A stretch of 47,469 nt of DNA, the filler included, from Cladosporium halotolerans (lineage: Eukaryota): NCBI RefSeq assembly GCF_011745625.1. It is 2 parts of 2 records of this genome, joined end to end, with 100 filler letters (N's around TTAATTAATTAA, not from the genome) between each part and the next. Parts side by side here need not be neighbours in the genome. Positions count along the whole stretch, not along the records: positions 1 to 23,985 come from NW_027191543.1; 1 more part is not named here. One strand, given 5' to 3'. The notes beneath the pieces are model-generated. The model ran no database searches. It saw only the letters and a program-made list of their open reading frames with translations, and was not told the origin of the DNA. The translations under genes were made by a program, and so were the position numbers. This document shows positions 1 through 11,972 of the stretch, in pieces. Position 1 is the first letter of the stretch. The number at the start of each line of letters is the position of its first letter.

Positions 1-190
1 CCATCCGTTTTCTTTATCAGACTGGCAGACTGTCTCGTTCTTCGGACATGAGGGTCGGGTGAGGTGTTGGCTAATCTCTCGGGTCATGAGTGCAAGGCGT
101 TGTTCATTGTAATGTAAGGCAGCGATCAGGGACGGCTCATACGGTCTCCGTGCATAGCCTGAATGAACATCATCATCATCATCATCGCCA
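1..190. repeat. 190-bp direct repeat, copy 1 (copy 2 at 24139-24328), ending in a (CAT)6 microsatellite
   Basis: Base-by-base match to 24139-24328 with 4 differences, all transitions; the copies diverge right after CATCGCCA. Probably extends beyond the window start. Confidence 0.95.
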
Positions 191-782
191 CCTGGTCCAG
201 CGGGGAGGTAGTATCGATAGTCACCCGAGAAAAGCTGACCACTCTTGTTCCAGACATGGGCGCTTACTTATTCATAATATCTGCAGGCGATGTATCGGCA
301 ACGCATCGCGGAAGGTACAAGTATGCTGCGCCTGACCCATCACGGTGTTTGTTCGTCGCAACATTTGGGCCTAACTTTAATTGAGACAACGCATTCCCTT
401 GCTTAGACCTGAATTCATTTTTTCCCCGTTCACTCGCCCATATCTGACCACAATGCAACGTACCAATACCCTCTTGATCAAGTATGGCGGGAGCACCAAG
501 CTTGCAGACCTTCCTGCATCATTTCAGGCGACACTCAAGGCCGCGGAAACGACGTTGGAAACGAGGGTAACTTAGACGCAATTCGATACTCGTGTAGCCG
601 ATTTAGACGTACTGACTGTATGATATTGTATTCAAACCTGGCTGAAGGGAAGATACAGTATGCCAATGTGTCCATAGACTCATTTTCTTGACACAGGATT
701 TCACATTTGGCTAATGTTGGTTTTTCAAAGGCAATAAGCTACACAAGTCACACAAAGACGATAGCGATGACAAGGATGTCAT

Positions 783-1220
783 TAACGTCCATCCACCTGT
801 TCACGGAATCCACCTGCGCCGGGACATTTTTTCTGATCTTCGCTCTGCATCTGTCATCCTTGCCACAAATGATTGATGACACATCTCTTGCTCTTCTCCT
901 GTCATTTGCCTATCGGCCTGACCATGTGTCGGAGCACCGATCGCGCGGACAGCCGTCCGTTCGTCCAAATCGTCGCCCTCATCGTTCGACGCGTCTGCTT
1001 TCGAGCCTGCGCATAGGCGACACGCGGTCTGAGTAGAGTTGAAAGTAGATGCGCTAGATGCGCTACGACGAGAAGAACGTGGTTCATCCAAATGCATCCA
1101 GCTAGAGACTATTGACGAAGGTTACGGCATGCAGATAAGCGTCAGACCGGTCTTTCGGCAGGATCAGCCTTCGGGTCCACTGACAAGGGCCAGGCGCGGA
1201 GAAGCTCCGATGTCGCGACC
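783..1220. repeat. Degenerate inverted duplication, arm A (partner 3026-3464)
   Basis: Reverse complement aligns to 3026-3464; the best block 1114-1220 has 17 mismatches in 107 nt. ORF translations also match (QDQPSGPLTRARRGEAPMSRP vs QDQPWGPLTRARREDAPVSRP). Confidence 0.9.
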
Positions 1221-2144
1221 TCTGCTTCCATTGGTTCGCTCGATCGGCACCGTGCCGCACGGCGGGCTTACCATCCGTCCGTCCGCAAAGAGACCGTGTC
1301 TCAGCGGTTTTGATACCAATGCGGGCTGTCACCGTTCCGCAGGAGGCGGAGCACAATCGTACGGAAGCTCATAGAAGGTCACCTGTCGGAGACCATGGCG
1401 CTGGCAGCGCATGCTGCTGACCTGTGTTGCCTTCTAACCGTCTAAGCGTTTTGCAACTGCGATTCATAGGCAGCTGCTTGCTTACGCTAGTGTCCCATTG
1501 TGACTAGCCAATCAAGGTGGCCTTCCAGGAGACGACACAGAGGACGGCTTGCAGCGTTCATGCAGGTGTGGGGTCTGGACTGTCAGCTCTCACGTCGTAA
1601 CAGGAAACCCTGAATCTGGGCGCCGATGTAGGGCTAGATCAATCGCATTTGAGTGCAGTCGAGATACAAGCTGTGGACGCAGTAACGCGCTTCTCGGAGA
1701 AGCTCTGGAACGACCTCTCTCTGCAGGGAAACACTGAACCAGGTGTGACGTGTTGGCTTCGGCTAACCGATATGAGATTGCTGCGCCACCTCAGCATTGC
1801 TCCTTCACGAAGTCGCCGTTTGCTCATTGGTCGCATGTCTGCGGGGAAGCTTAGGCAATGCAGGGACTGGGTCCTGATTTCTTACACGTTCATTCAATAC
1901 TGTACACAAGCGGTGCCAGGGTGCAGGCGTCCAATATGCAGACCGGGACACGGTCTAAGCCGTCTCCTCCGATCGATCTGATCCTTCAGTTGCTCGGGAG
2001 TCGCGCTGCGATACATCACCAAGCAGTCTGCACTGCACACTACCACATCAATTTTTGCGAGTTCTCAAATATTCACGCTGAAATCTTTGTGTGTAATCAG
2101 ACACAGGACTCATTCAGATCAAATCAGATTTGATATACGTCGCG

Positions 2145-2694
2145 ATGGCGGGAGAACAACGAACACCAAGGCTATTAGCGCCTAAAACTACGACTGCTCA
2201 CACGTTGGATCCTGTCTTTCGGACGACCGACGCCAGTTCCAATAACCTCCAAGCGCTGTCGCCGCCGATACCGCGGGTACGTAGAAGTCAGGTCAAAGTT
2301 GCGTGTATAGCTTGCCAGAGGGGGAAAGCGAAGGTGAGTTATACCTACACAAAAAGAAAGTCCTAGAAGGGCTCTGACACTTCAGAAGTGCGATAGCCGG
2401 CGGCCTTCTTGCGAACGTTGTGCAAAGAAAGGCGTCCTTTGCGAGTACGATGTTGAACCTGACTCGACACGTTTCGCATCTCTCCAGCGAAAGACCACCG
2501 CGCTCCAGGCGGAAGTAAATGATTTGCACAGACTCTTTCACTATATTCGCACTTGCTCCGGCCGTCAGGCTGGGGAATTGTTTTGGGAGATACGGGCGTC
2601 GAAAAGCCCTATCGACGCAGCAAAGGCATCGAGGATTCTACACGGGTTTCATGAATGCATTGAAGGTGAGAGGGTAGAAATCGGAACTCATTAG
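2145..2694 (+). CDS. Short Zn(II)2Cys6 transcription factor (~164 aa; cluster plus coiled coil, no middle-homology domain)
   Basis: Exon 1 2145-2333 ends ACIACQRGKAK; intron GTGAGT..CTGAC..AG 2334-2388; exon 2 CDSRRPSCERCAKKGVLCEY, then coiled coil LQRKTTALQAEVNDL; stop 2692-2694. Confidence 0.85.
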
Positions 2695-3025
2695 GAGATA
2701 AGTCGATATGGCTTTTAAGAAAGCCTATGATAGTCCGGATTGGTTTCAAGCCCAGAGATCTGCGTCTCTTATTTCTAGCTTTCGAGCAAAAATGTACACG
2801 GCTATCGTATCGCGGTCCAGCATTCCAGCACCACATGGGCAGACGCTGATACCCAATAGATTTGTCTTTGAAACAAGATATTATACCAAGTTGTCGCTGG
2901 TGGTCTTGATGCGTTATTGGCTTGATGAATGCTCAGAACCGCTGAGACGCGACTACACTAGGGTCGCGCGGGCGGCAAGCCCGCTATGCCGCGCGGAGCC
3001 GCCCGAGAGAATCAAAAATGGTTAT

Positions 3026-3464
3026 GGTCGCGACACCGGAGCGTCTTCGCGCCTGGCCCTAGTCAGCGGGCCCCAAGGTTGATCCTGCAGAACGACCAGT
3101 CTGGCGCTTATTTGCAAGCCGCAACCTCCGTTAATGGTCCCTGAAGACATGTATTTGGATGCATGACGTTTTTCTTGCCGCAGCGCATCTGGGATATCTA
3201 TATTCATCTTCATTCGGACCACCTGTCGCTTCTACGTAGGCTCGAAAGCTGAAGCGCCGAAAGATGACGGCGACGATTTGAACAATGAAACGACTGTTTA
3301 CGCGATCGGTGCCCCAAAACTTGGTTGGGCACGCAGGCAAACGACAGGAGAACAGCAAGAGATGGGTGATCAATGAAGTATGGTGTGGAGAATGGATTCA
3401 GGATGGAAATTGGATCAAGTGTCTCGGCACACGTGGATTCCCGGGTACAGGTGGGTGGACGTTA
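3026..3464. repeat. Degenerate inverted duplication, arm B (partner 783-1220)
   Basis: See arm A; alignable from GGTCGCGACA (3026) to GGTGGACGTTA (3464) with about one indel. Confidence 0.9.
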
Positions 3465-4702
3465 CAGTCAGTTATCACACTTCGCAAGGAACTCGGATCA
3501 CTTCCATCCATGTCCACGACGACAATACTTGGAAAGAATTCCCGTCCCGCAACGCGTATAAGGGTAAATAAATCAAGCATCCTCTTGAGGTAGACACGGT
3601 ATTCGAGGATAGCGCCGTGATGGACCATTGCTGAGCTTTCTGATACTGTGGCGGCCCAACAGTGACATCAGCTTAGCGCAATCATCAAGTACCTGCGGAT
3701 CTGGATCTTGAATCCTGTTGCTTCTATCTTTGATGACTGCAGTTCTTCGATCGCAATAGTTTTGAAATGGCATGAGCGGAATGACTAGACGCATCGCCTC
3801 TTGAAACCCATCAACTCCATTTTCTCCTCCTTCGCAAAAAGGTTGCTCGACTTCCATTGTCGTCCCTTGCCATCCACCCTTGCGAGCGTGCAATCCTTGT
3901 CGTGTGCGTTGCTCTTGCTCCTGTGCCGCATTGGATGCTCGCGTTTTCGTGATCCCCCCTCCCCTTGCCTTTTTACGTTCCCGTGTTTCATCCTGCATTC
4001 AAGCTAAATAGCGTATGGCACATCGGATCATTTTTTGACGACTTCCACGGCTTTCGTGTGTGCTCTGGAGTCGGTCCTTCACCGTACAGTTATATTCGCC
4101 ATCCCGACTCCACAGCTATAGGGCTGAGCGCCCTTCTACTTTCATCTTGAGGGAATGAAGCACGTCGACGACGTCCTCTGATCCCAACAGAGTTTGCACA
4201 TCTGCGCTGTCTTGCCCTTCCACCAATCGCGACATTCTTACCTATAACTCTCTGCTGTAGAATTACCCTCAATTGCGACAGAGTCGAAGCATTTCCCCAT
4301 CATAGAGGTCACTATCCTAAGCCCGCATACCTATCAAGGCGCCAGCCTTTACCCTGAGGTTTTCTCTTCAATCACGCACATAAGGCTTTGCCAGTGGCGG
4401 TACCACCTTGTATGAGGAACAAGGCTCCCAGTACGAACAGGCCAGCAGCTTCCTTCTCTTTGCGTACCGACATGCGCATCCGTCCTTTCGAGCCACGCAG
4501 ACGGTGTCAGCCGTCGCCGCCATTGCGTGCTACGCACAGCGGCCGAAGACGTTTCGCGTTACCTCGGGAGGTCTCCCTTGTCAAGGCCGACCATGTCTCG
4601 CCGTGTGGGATTGAAGCAGCGCCCTAGCCAGCAGCGAAGCCTCTTTGCCTACCCGACTGACTAACCCTATTCTCGCGTTTTAACAAGTCCGCCGCGGAGG
4701 GG

Positions 4703-4982
4703 CCCTGTCCCTCGAATGGGACGACGCTCGTGTCTTAACAGATCCGCATGGCGGTGGTCTGTCTCCAAGGAAGGAGCACAAAGGCCGTGTCTAAACAGGT
4801 TCTCCGCACCGTTGGCCTGTCCCCTCGCTTACACGTGCGGCTTTCACACCGCAACGGGGCGTAAGTCGGCTACCCTCGCCAGCGCTAGTTTCAGAGCGCT
4901 CGTAGGTCAGTGGTGTCCTGTCTCTTGCCTAGCTCGATTGCACATCCACCGGCCTTGTTGTCTTAACAGTGTCCCTGTCCCC
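4703..4982. repeat. Cluster of short dispersed motifs TGTCT(T/A)AACAG x3 and CCTGTCCC x3 in non-coding DNA
   Basis: TGTCTTAACAG at 4731 and 4959, TGTCTAAACAG at 4788; CCTGTCCC near 4704, 4816 and 4974; a related TGTCTAGAACAG at 5378. Confidence 0.6.
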
Positions 4983-6112
4983 GTCCGTCTCTTTCAAGCA
5001 GCTGCGCGACCAGCTGCTAGGGGCAATAAATGATGCGCCGGCTTCGGGCCCAGGTCGATGGTCTGGGTAGGCAAGAGTCGGATGGTTTTCTTATGCCAGT
5101 ATCCCCTGGTTTGTGATGTGTTTCTTGACTTTAGTGATGCTGTTCGTTCTCTGCCGGAGTGCGCAATCTAGCAAGTGATGCGAAACCATCGACAGGCGAC
5201 ACCTCCCGAGCTCTCGCCCGGTACCCCAGTGCGAGTGAGGCAGATGGATATACTAGACGGTCGTGACAGCTGAGGTCGTCGCCGTCGCGTCGCGCTCCGC
5301 CGGCTTCGCGACCGGGCGCGCCGCGGCGGCGGGACCTTTTCGCGTCTTCGTCCAAGACGAGACCGTTTACGTGTCTTTGTCTAGAACAGGCTGCTTTTAC
5401 CGCCATCCCAAGGCACGCCTGAGATACAGTAATTACAAAGGCCCTCGTGATTACTGTATCTCTTGGCATCACCTGCAGCGTCCTTCATCAGAGAGAAGTG
5501 CCACTTATATTGAAGGTCAGACTGCAAGGAGAATACAATTCGATGCATCTCCTCTGAACGACTGAATAAGTCAGATCGCATTGGATGCCGGTCATTCCTC
5601 TTTCGTGCGTCGTCATCCCCCCAGCGCTTTGCCTCTGAAAGGGTTTGGCTTCACGTGATGCCAAGCAATTAATGCTGAGTCTTTCACTGAGCGGGAGTCT
5701 TGCTGCATCACGCTCGAAATACAGTGAGCGCTGGTTCGTGAGCTTCCCGTTGTCGGCACTAGATGCTGAATTTTAAGACGAATGAGCTTCACTCGGTACG
5801 CCCCGCAGTTGCGCAGGAGGAAGCGGGTGGGGTAAGCCTGCATGTGTGTGTGTGGAGCAACCTCTGCGCTTAGCAGCGTGATATCAACAGGGTGCTTTGC
5901 ATAATCACCCAAGGTTTAATTTAGCCCAATCAGTCACTTGCCTGCAACACGAGAAATCTATTCGTCTGACTCCAAATCCCTTGCTTCCGCCCAAAAATAA
6001 ATGACTTCAATCTCGAGAAGCCCAGTTTCATCTTAAATCAATCTCGTTCTTCAGGGTGGTCGGTCCCGCCTATTCCTTCCGTTAAGCTCTGTCTCATATA
6101 GACGATCAAATC

Positions 6113-6677
6113 ATGTCTCATGTTGTTCAGTCGACATCAAAATCGATCACGAGCCTGCAGTCCGTTGTTGGAGCTGTCTCGCAATTGAGTGAAAGCAGTC
6201 TCGGCCTGCAACTTCGGGCGACCGCTTCTCTATGTGATCACCTTGGACAGCACCAAGAATATCTGGGCTCACAGAGCTTGCAACCGGTGATAAATGTCCT
6301 GGACCACATAGGAAAATACTCCCAACGGGTCAAGCAGAGCATTGATGCCATTCCGGACGTCCATGCAGTTGACTGGACTATACTACAAGTCGATGGGAGG
6401 ACTGTATCCGGGATAGCAGCATTCATCCAGATGCAGACATCCACCGCGTTCATAGGAGTTGTCGACGATGCGCGGTTCGTCAATACCGTCATGGCATCAA
6501 TCGAGAAGCTCACTAATGGCAAATAGACGTAGAGTTCGTATCCGGCTTTCTCCTGAGGCTCTAGCAGAGTACTGTCAAGTTATCGAAGCTACAAAGGAGG
6601 CTGCGGTTTCGGATATTGAATTTGCCAGCGAAAGGCAGTCGCGTTTAATGGAGAACATCATGAGTTCATCAATCTGA
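6113..6677 (+). CDS. Stand-alone HeLo-like / fungal STAND N-terminal domain protein (PF17111 Helo_like_N/PigL_N-like), ~170 aa
   Basis: Two ORFs join in frame through a 52-nt intron 6475-6526 (GTTCGT..CTAAT..TAG). The product DWTILQVDGRTVSGIAAFIQMQTSTAFIGVVDDARRRVRIRLSPEALAEYCQVIEATK resembles the family pattern DW-x-L-xx-G..GF..STI-I...R...E-L-EY...IE, recalled from memory. Confidence 0.65.
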
Positions 6678-7622
6678 AGCTATAGGGAGTTTTTTCTGAC
6701 GTTTCTATTAAATGTGACTAGCTCTGAGCAGCCTGTACAAGATATGATTGGATGAATAATCTCAAGGAGACCGGGTTCATAAGTAGCACCACCTACAAGT
6801 TGACCTCCGCACTGGCCGAGACCTAGTGATGGAAGAGATCCTAAGTCATCCACGGATAGCTGAATTTCTTGTTATCATGTGCTGCCTACGTCTTCAGGGA
6901 GAGGCCGACCAGTCAACGCAAATCATACTAGAGCGTCCATGATCCGCCTCGCACCATCATCCAATGCTCTCCATGCTACATCAAGGAGGCCAAGCAACGG
7001 ACCAAAGTGTTTTGCAGTAATCCCCTATACCTAATTGCAGGCTGACACGAAATGGGTCATTCTCACCTCCTTTTCTTATCGACCGATTGCACGCTTGTCC
7101 GAGTCCGACTATTCTGGCGAAAGGGAGGACGAGCAAGACTTTCGTTACTGGAAGTGACCCACAGCAAACCTTTCAACCCCCTGGCAAACACATCTTGCCT
7201 TTTGCTTCAGCTGTGGTGCTTGAACTACGCTACCAGGCAATATGCGTATACTCGGATCCCAACATGTGCGACGGTCTCCGCATACACCTACGCTTACCCC
7301 GAGACCGTCCAATGCAGGTGCGAAGCTTTCCAGAGCATGATCTTCAAAAGCAACAAGGCTGCTCTCGATCCGTCGACTACATGTACAAGGATCTTGACTG
7401 GAGCTGCCGACCGCCGACAAGCAATAAATCTGGTACTGAATTCGGGCATATCAATGGTCTAACGACCTATTCTATGGAAGACCTACCAGGCTATCAACAT
7501 CTGCCGAAAAATCTGGCAAGCGTATTGCCATCCCAGGACATGTCTCTCACGGGAGCCTCGCCACCTAGCTTGGGAGGTTGCTGCTCGTCGCGGTGAATAG
7601 AGGCTCTACAACAGATACTAAC

Positions 7623-8720
7623 TCAAGAGGCCCAGCAGGTAATCTTTAAGTAAGCATAGTCGAAGGCTCCCAGATATCCTGACATCTGAATAACAGCGGC
7701 GCCGACCACCAGGGTGTGCATGATTGAGTGGGAGCTGCACATGTCGAATCTTTCAGGCCACCGGCTTTCGGGAAACCTTATCTTTCGCATCATGTTGATT
7801 AGGATCAAATTATCTTCAGTACGGGAAAACGGAAGACTCACTGCATAGAACATGGTTCCAGATAGAAATCAGCCTACCTTCGCCACCAGAGTACAGGTGA
7901 AGGCTTTTTTGTTCATCAGATCCAGTCCGAATATACTTAGCCCGTGAATCAAGGGCGCTCAAACGGACATGCCAGTCGCCGCAAACGCTGAGGTTTGCAT
8001 GGGCAATGCTCGTGGCTCCGGAGCTTAGGATGAATGTTCGTGATGATGGTCAATGCCCCGACAATAGCGATCTGTGACCCGATGAAGACGGTGTTAGCTC
8101 TGATTGCCAGTCCCGGGACAGGAAAAGTCGAGTGGGGGGAAATCTAGTGACTAACTATAGACCAATAAATAATGCGCAACGTACTATCACACCAAAAGAT
8201 TATGTATACTCCCAATACAATGTCACCGGTTATGAAGATCCCCATACCAGCCATATCGAGTCGGTGGCAGAAATGGTCCACGATACAAAAGTGATTCATC
8301 AAAGTGTGATGAAGAGCCGAAATGTATAGTGCAAACGGTCGCCGCCAGCATGAAGCATGAGAAAGCCACTGAATTGGCGCTAGTGACTTTAGAATCTTCG
8401 CGATTAAGGTACTGTAGAATCTACAACTCGCAAAGGAGGAATGCAACGGGTGGGATGGGGTGGTAATAGATGTCGACCGTCTCATTGTGGAGTCTCCACC
8501 AACTGCAAAGCGAGGTGCGAACCGAGTGTGATATGGGTCGGTGACCGTGAAGAACCCTTTCATGATTGTCGTCTTGAAACCAATGCGGCATCTCATCGAA
8601 CGAGAGAAGCGCTGGACTCCCTGCCTCTTCCGACCCGGATCCGGAGGCTTCGTCTTCCAGTCGCCGCCCTTTGCGCGCCTCTGGCTCCTTGGGCGGAACT
8701 CGCAGACGAGCGGACGCCAT
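7623..8720 (-). pseudogene. PAQR / haemolysin-III (IZH, mPR-like) membrane receptor pseudogene
   Basis: Motifs EMPHWFQD, HNETVDIY, SALHHTLMNH, HRLDMAG, FPESRWP.RFD..SHSIMH. In-frame TAG at 8421-8423 and a frameshift near 8330. Confidence 0.9.
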
Positions 8721-8966
8721 TTGTTGTCGCACCTAGTGATCTGTGATGTCAGAATTCCGGAAGTCGAAAGTGAGTAAGTGATGATATCGAAGATACGCGT
8801 TGCCTCTTTGCTCCGTTGTTGTTTTGTGTCTTGCGCCAAGTTACCACGTGCGACTCTATAGACGCGCAGCGGTCAAAGTGGCGACCCCCGTCGACTAGAG
8901 TCAGAGGCGCCTGACCCCTGCTTCTCTTCCGAATCCACCTCCCTGCGGTTCCTCTTCACTGCCCAA

Positions 8967-9908
8967 TTAACAATTTTCTGAGCTTGGAGGCGACATGGGG
9001 GCTTTCATCTTTCTGCGGCCCGGTCGCTCTTTCTTGTGTCTATAGAGCAGATTTCGCAGTTGGTGTCGTGCACTTGCTAGCTTCCCGGAAGACGAGTGTT
9101 TTTCATCATCCAACACTCTAGCAGCGCTCGAGGTCTGTGGCGATTCGCCTTCGTTTTGGATCGAGTTTATTCTTTCATGTGTGGCAAGTCCCGGTAGAGC
9201 AGGCGAGTCTGGCAGTAGCAACGTGCATATCCTGGTACCGGGACGTGGATCGTGTCCCCCATGACCTTTATCTTCACTTGAATCACACTCTGGGTCATGG
9301 TTCGTATGCGGCAGATCGGTGCCTGAATGATCCCATGAAGCCTGATCACAATTCACAGTTGAAGCTGCTTGCCTTGAGGGGCATGACAAGACTTCATCAG
9401 ACGTGTTCTGTTGATGCAGATGGTCGCAGAACCCACGCATATTCCGATCGCTGGCACTGTTTTGTTCGGTCGACTTTGGTGAGGAGCCTATAAACTCCAC
9501 TTTGCTATGATATTCAGTTTTTCCCTGGTCTGCCGGCTGAAGATCTTCCACACTCTCGTCACTGTCGGTATGCATTTCCACGATGGCGCGCTGACGCTGC
9601 TTCCATTCTGCGACAAGAGAAGCATTCGCATAATGTTTCGGCTCCCATATTTGCTCACATTCGGACCCGCCGGATACCGGTTCCCAAAGTATGTGATATT
9701 CTCTAGAATTTTCCTCAAGAATTGCCCTTGCTGGCCAGGTGTTGGGAAGCCGGCGCTTAGTCCACCCGTGTCCTTTTCTTCTCTTCCTGCGCATAGATGA
9801 AACGCTCCGAGACGATGTGCGACCTGGCATGCCGGGGATAATCAAATTTTGCGCGTTCGCGCGCGCGTTGGGCCGAAGTGGTCTTTCGATGCCTGATTGC
9901 GTAGCCAA
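8967..9908 (-). CDS. Chromodomain-containing protein with basic NLS-like stretch and disordered tail
   Basis: Uninterrupted 313-codon ORF. WPARAILEENSREYHILWEP..EQIWEPKHYANASLVAEWKQR matches the chromo fold signature; RRKRRK basic patch. Start codon uncertain (first ATG near 9832). Confidence 0.75.
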   Translation of the reverse strand: MATQSGIERPLRPNARANAQNLIIPGMPGRTSSRSVSSMRRKRRKGHGWTKRRLPNTWPARAILEENSREYHILWEPVSGGSECEQIWEPKHYANASLVAEWKQRQRAIVEMHTDSDESVEDLQPADQGKTEYHSKVEFIGSSPKSTEQNSASDRNMRGFCDHLHQQNTSDEVLSCPSRQAASTVNCDQASWDHSGTDLPHTNHDPECDSSEDKGHGGHDPRPGTRICTLLLPDSPALPGLATHERINSIQNEGESPQTSSAARVLDDEKHSSSGKLASARHQLRNLLYRHKKERPGRRKMKAPMSPPSSENC

Positions 9909-10512
9909 AGGGTCAAGGGTACAGTCAAGGCGCGACCTGACGAGCTACAGATTGAGCGTATGAATTTTCTATTTCCCTACGGCTTCCCTTGCTCACGACC
10001 GCCCTCCTTCAACCTTCGGCAGGGACATGTGCTGCGCTGGGAGATGCGTCTCCCAGGCATTCGGCACGGTGAACAGTGAAGTGTGCAAGCTTGTCAGACT
10101 AGGTACTTCAGTGGGGACAGGACGCGATGTCGCAGGCTACAAGAAGACAAATGCAATGACGAAGTGCGTCAGATCAGACCTCCGGGCCGCTCGACGAGTA
10201 TGAGCATACAATTGGAAGGAAGAAAGGAAGGGATTTATTCCGCATACAATTTTCACAGCGGTCAACTTAGACAACTCCGCAATAACGCTCGGACCATCCT
10301 GCTCCAGGAGCAACCAGGCCGTGCTCAGCCGCTTCACAGTGGGACTCTAGTATGCAGTCTGGCAGAGACCTTTGGATCGCAATCTTTAACACGATATGAT
10401 AATAAGTCTGGCGCCAATACTATCGCATACTCGCGGAAACGATACCAATTGGCAATCGACTATGTCTGATGCATGCAGAAGGACCATGCAGAGCCAACCC
10501 CCGCAGTGAGCT

Positions 10513-11972
10513 CTAGTCACTCCCACAGTTGCTCTGATCCTCCTGCGGCAAGGTAGCACCACTATCCTGCCCTTCGTCATGACGAACGATGTTCACTTCT
10601 TTCTTGCCACCGGACCAGGGTTTCAAGCCCTTTGCCACCAAGGTGACGGCTCCGTCCGCCTCACCAACGCCCTCCACAAATCGATAGGACCCAGAAATAT
10701 TTTCATGTGCCTCCTTCGGCAGCTTACAAAATTGTGTACCTCCGTTGGACACGCACTCTCGCTTCTGACACACATGGCCCCTCACGCATTTCACATACCT
10801 GCATCCACGACCTCCAGGGCAGGGTGTCGACCGAGAGGTATACTCCAGCAGATACTTTGCTTCTTCACTCGCCGATCCATGCTTGAACTTGTATCTCTCA
10901 TATCGGCAGCATCCAACGAGGTGAAACTCTTTACAGAGACCCCAGTTTCCATAGATTCAGCTCCAGCGCGCCAAATGAGCTTTGTTTGGCGAAGACAAAG
11001 ACAGATCTAGACGTTGATTCCTGACATCAACGGCGACCATTCCCTTTGGGATATCCTCTTCTGCAGACGAGCTGAGACACGCCGCTCAGAGAAAACATTC
11101 GCGTCCAAATTTTCAACTGCGCATGTCCATGACGATGACATGCAGCCTGCCGTGGAGGGGAGTCGAAGCGCGCATGTCCGGTACGACCGACCACCTGCTG
11201 GCCGGAGAAGAATATTTCATCGGTGTCCTCCACATCCAAACCCAAGATCCTTGAAGTGGTGGTGGTATTCCATATATCTCAATAGTATGATCTTGTGTCT
11301 CTGATTCGCCTGAGATGTCAACATGCTCGTGTATCCCGAGCAGTGGCAGCCAGCGAAGTAGATACGTTGGCAATGCACATTCTCTGCATACATGTCGAAC
11401 TTTGCTGTCATCTTGGTATCCGCAGTTTCTTTAGGATCACCGGCATGTAGAAAGTTGAGATTGCAGTTGTTGCGATTGAGTCCTGCCACAAAGGGCCAAG
11501 AGCGCATTTCTCACTACCATAGCGGCCGGCCTTCGCTACTAATTGAGACAAGCTGGAGACGTTGGCATACACGTGCACAACGATGTCGCAATGTCCCATG
11601 TCTTGCTTTCTTCCCCTGTCCCTGATCACGCCTTCCAGCTGCGTCGCAGCTGACGCTCCCGATTGTTCAAGACCCTGCCCTGCCCCTTGCCCATAAGTGC
11701 TTGGAAGATGTATCCGTCACCGTCGACCAAGACTGCAGCGAAGGCCTTCTCGTTTGCAGTCTGGCCTGCTGCTTGTGTCTGAGTGAGGCATCCCTAGCAT
11801 CTTCGAGTTCACTCTGTAGGCGATCGCGATCGGCAAAAAGTTCGTTCGAGAGGTCCAACAGACGCTTAAGGGAATCGAGGTCTACTGCGGCGATGACATC
11901 CTCATTTGAATGTCCAGGGTAGACCCTGGAGGCATATTGGACTCCTGCCTCTGAGCTCAATTGTGGTGACAT
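10513..11972 (-). pseudogene. Fungal tandem-CCCH zinc-finger protein pseudogene (DUF7923-like N-terminal domain)
   Basis: Fragments in several frames: coiled coil RLQSELEDARD, VLVDGDGYIF, FLHAGDPKETADTK, HCQRIYFAGCH.SGY, CKEFHLVGCC, PCPGGRGCRYVKCVRGHVC; multiple stops and frameshifts. Confidence 0.8.

Noticed and set aside
90..335. Poly-His ORF (and its twin at 24228-24473)
   Set aside because: The His run is just the (CAT)6 microsatellite inside the 190-bp repeat, and the two ORFs diverge right after it.
7052..7596. Overlapping 136-aa and 169-aa ORFs
   Set aside because: No recognisable motif or consistent frame; possibly a decayed gene but not supportable.
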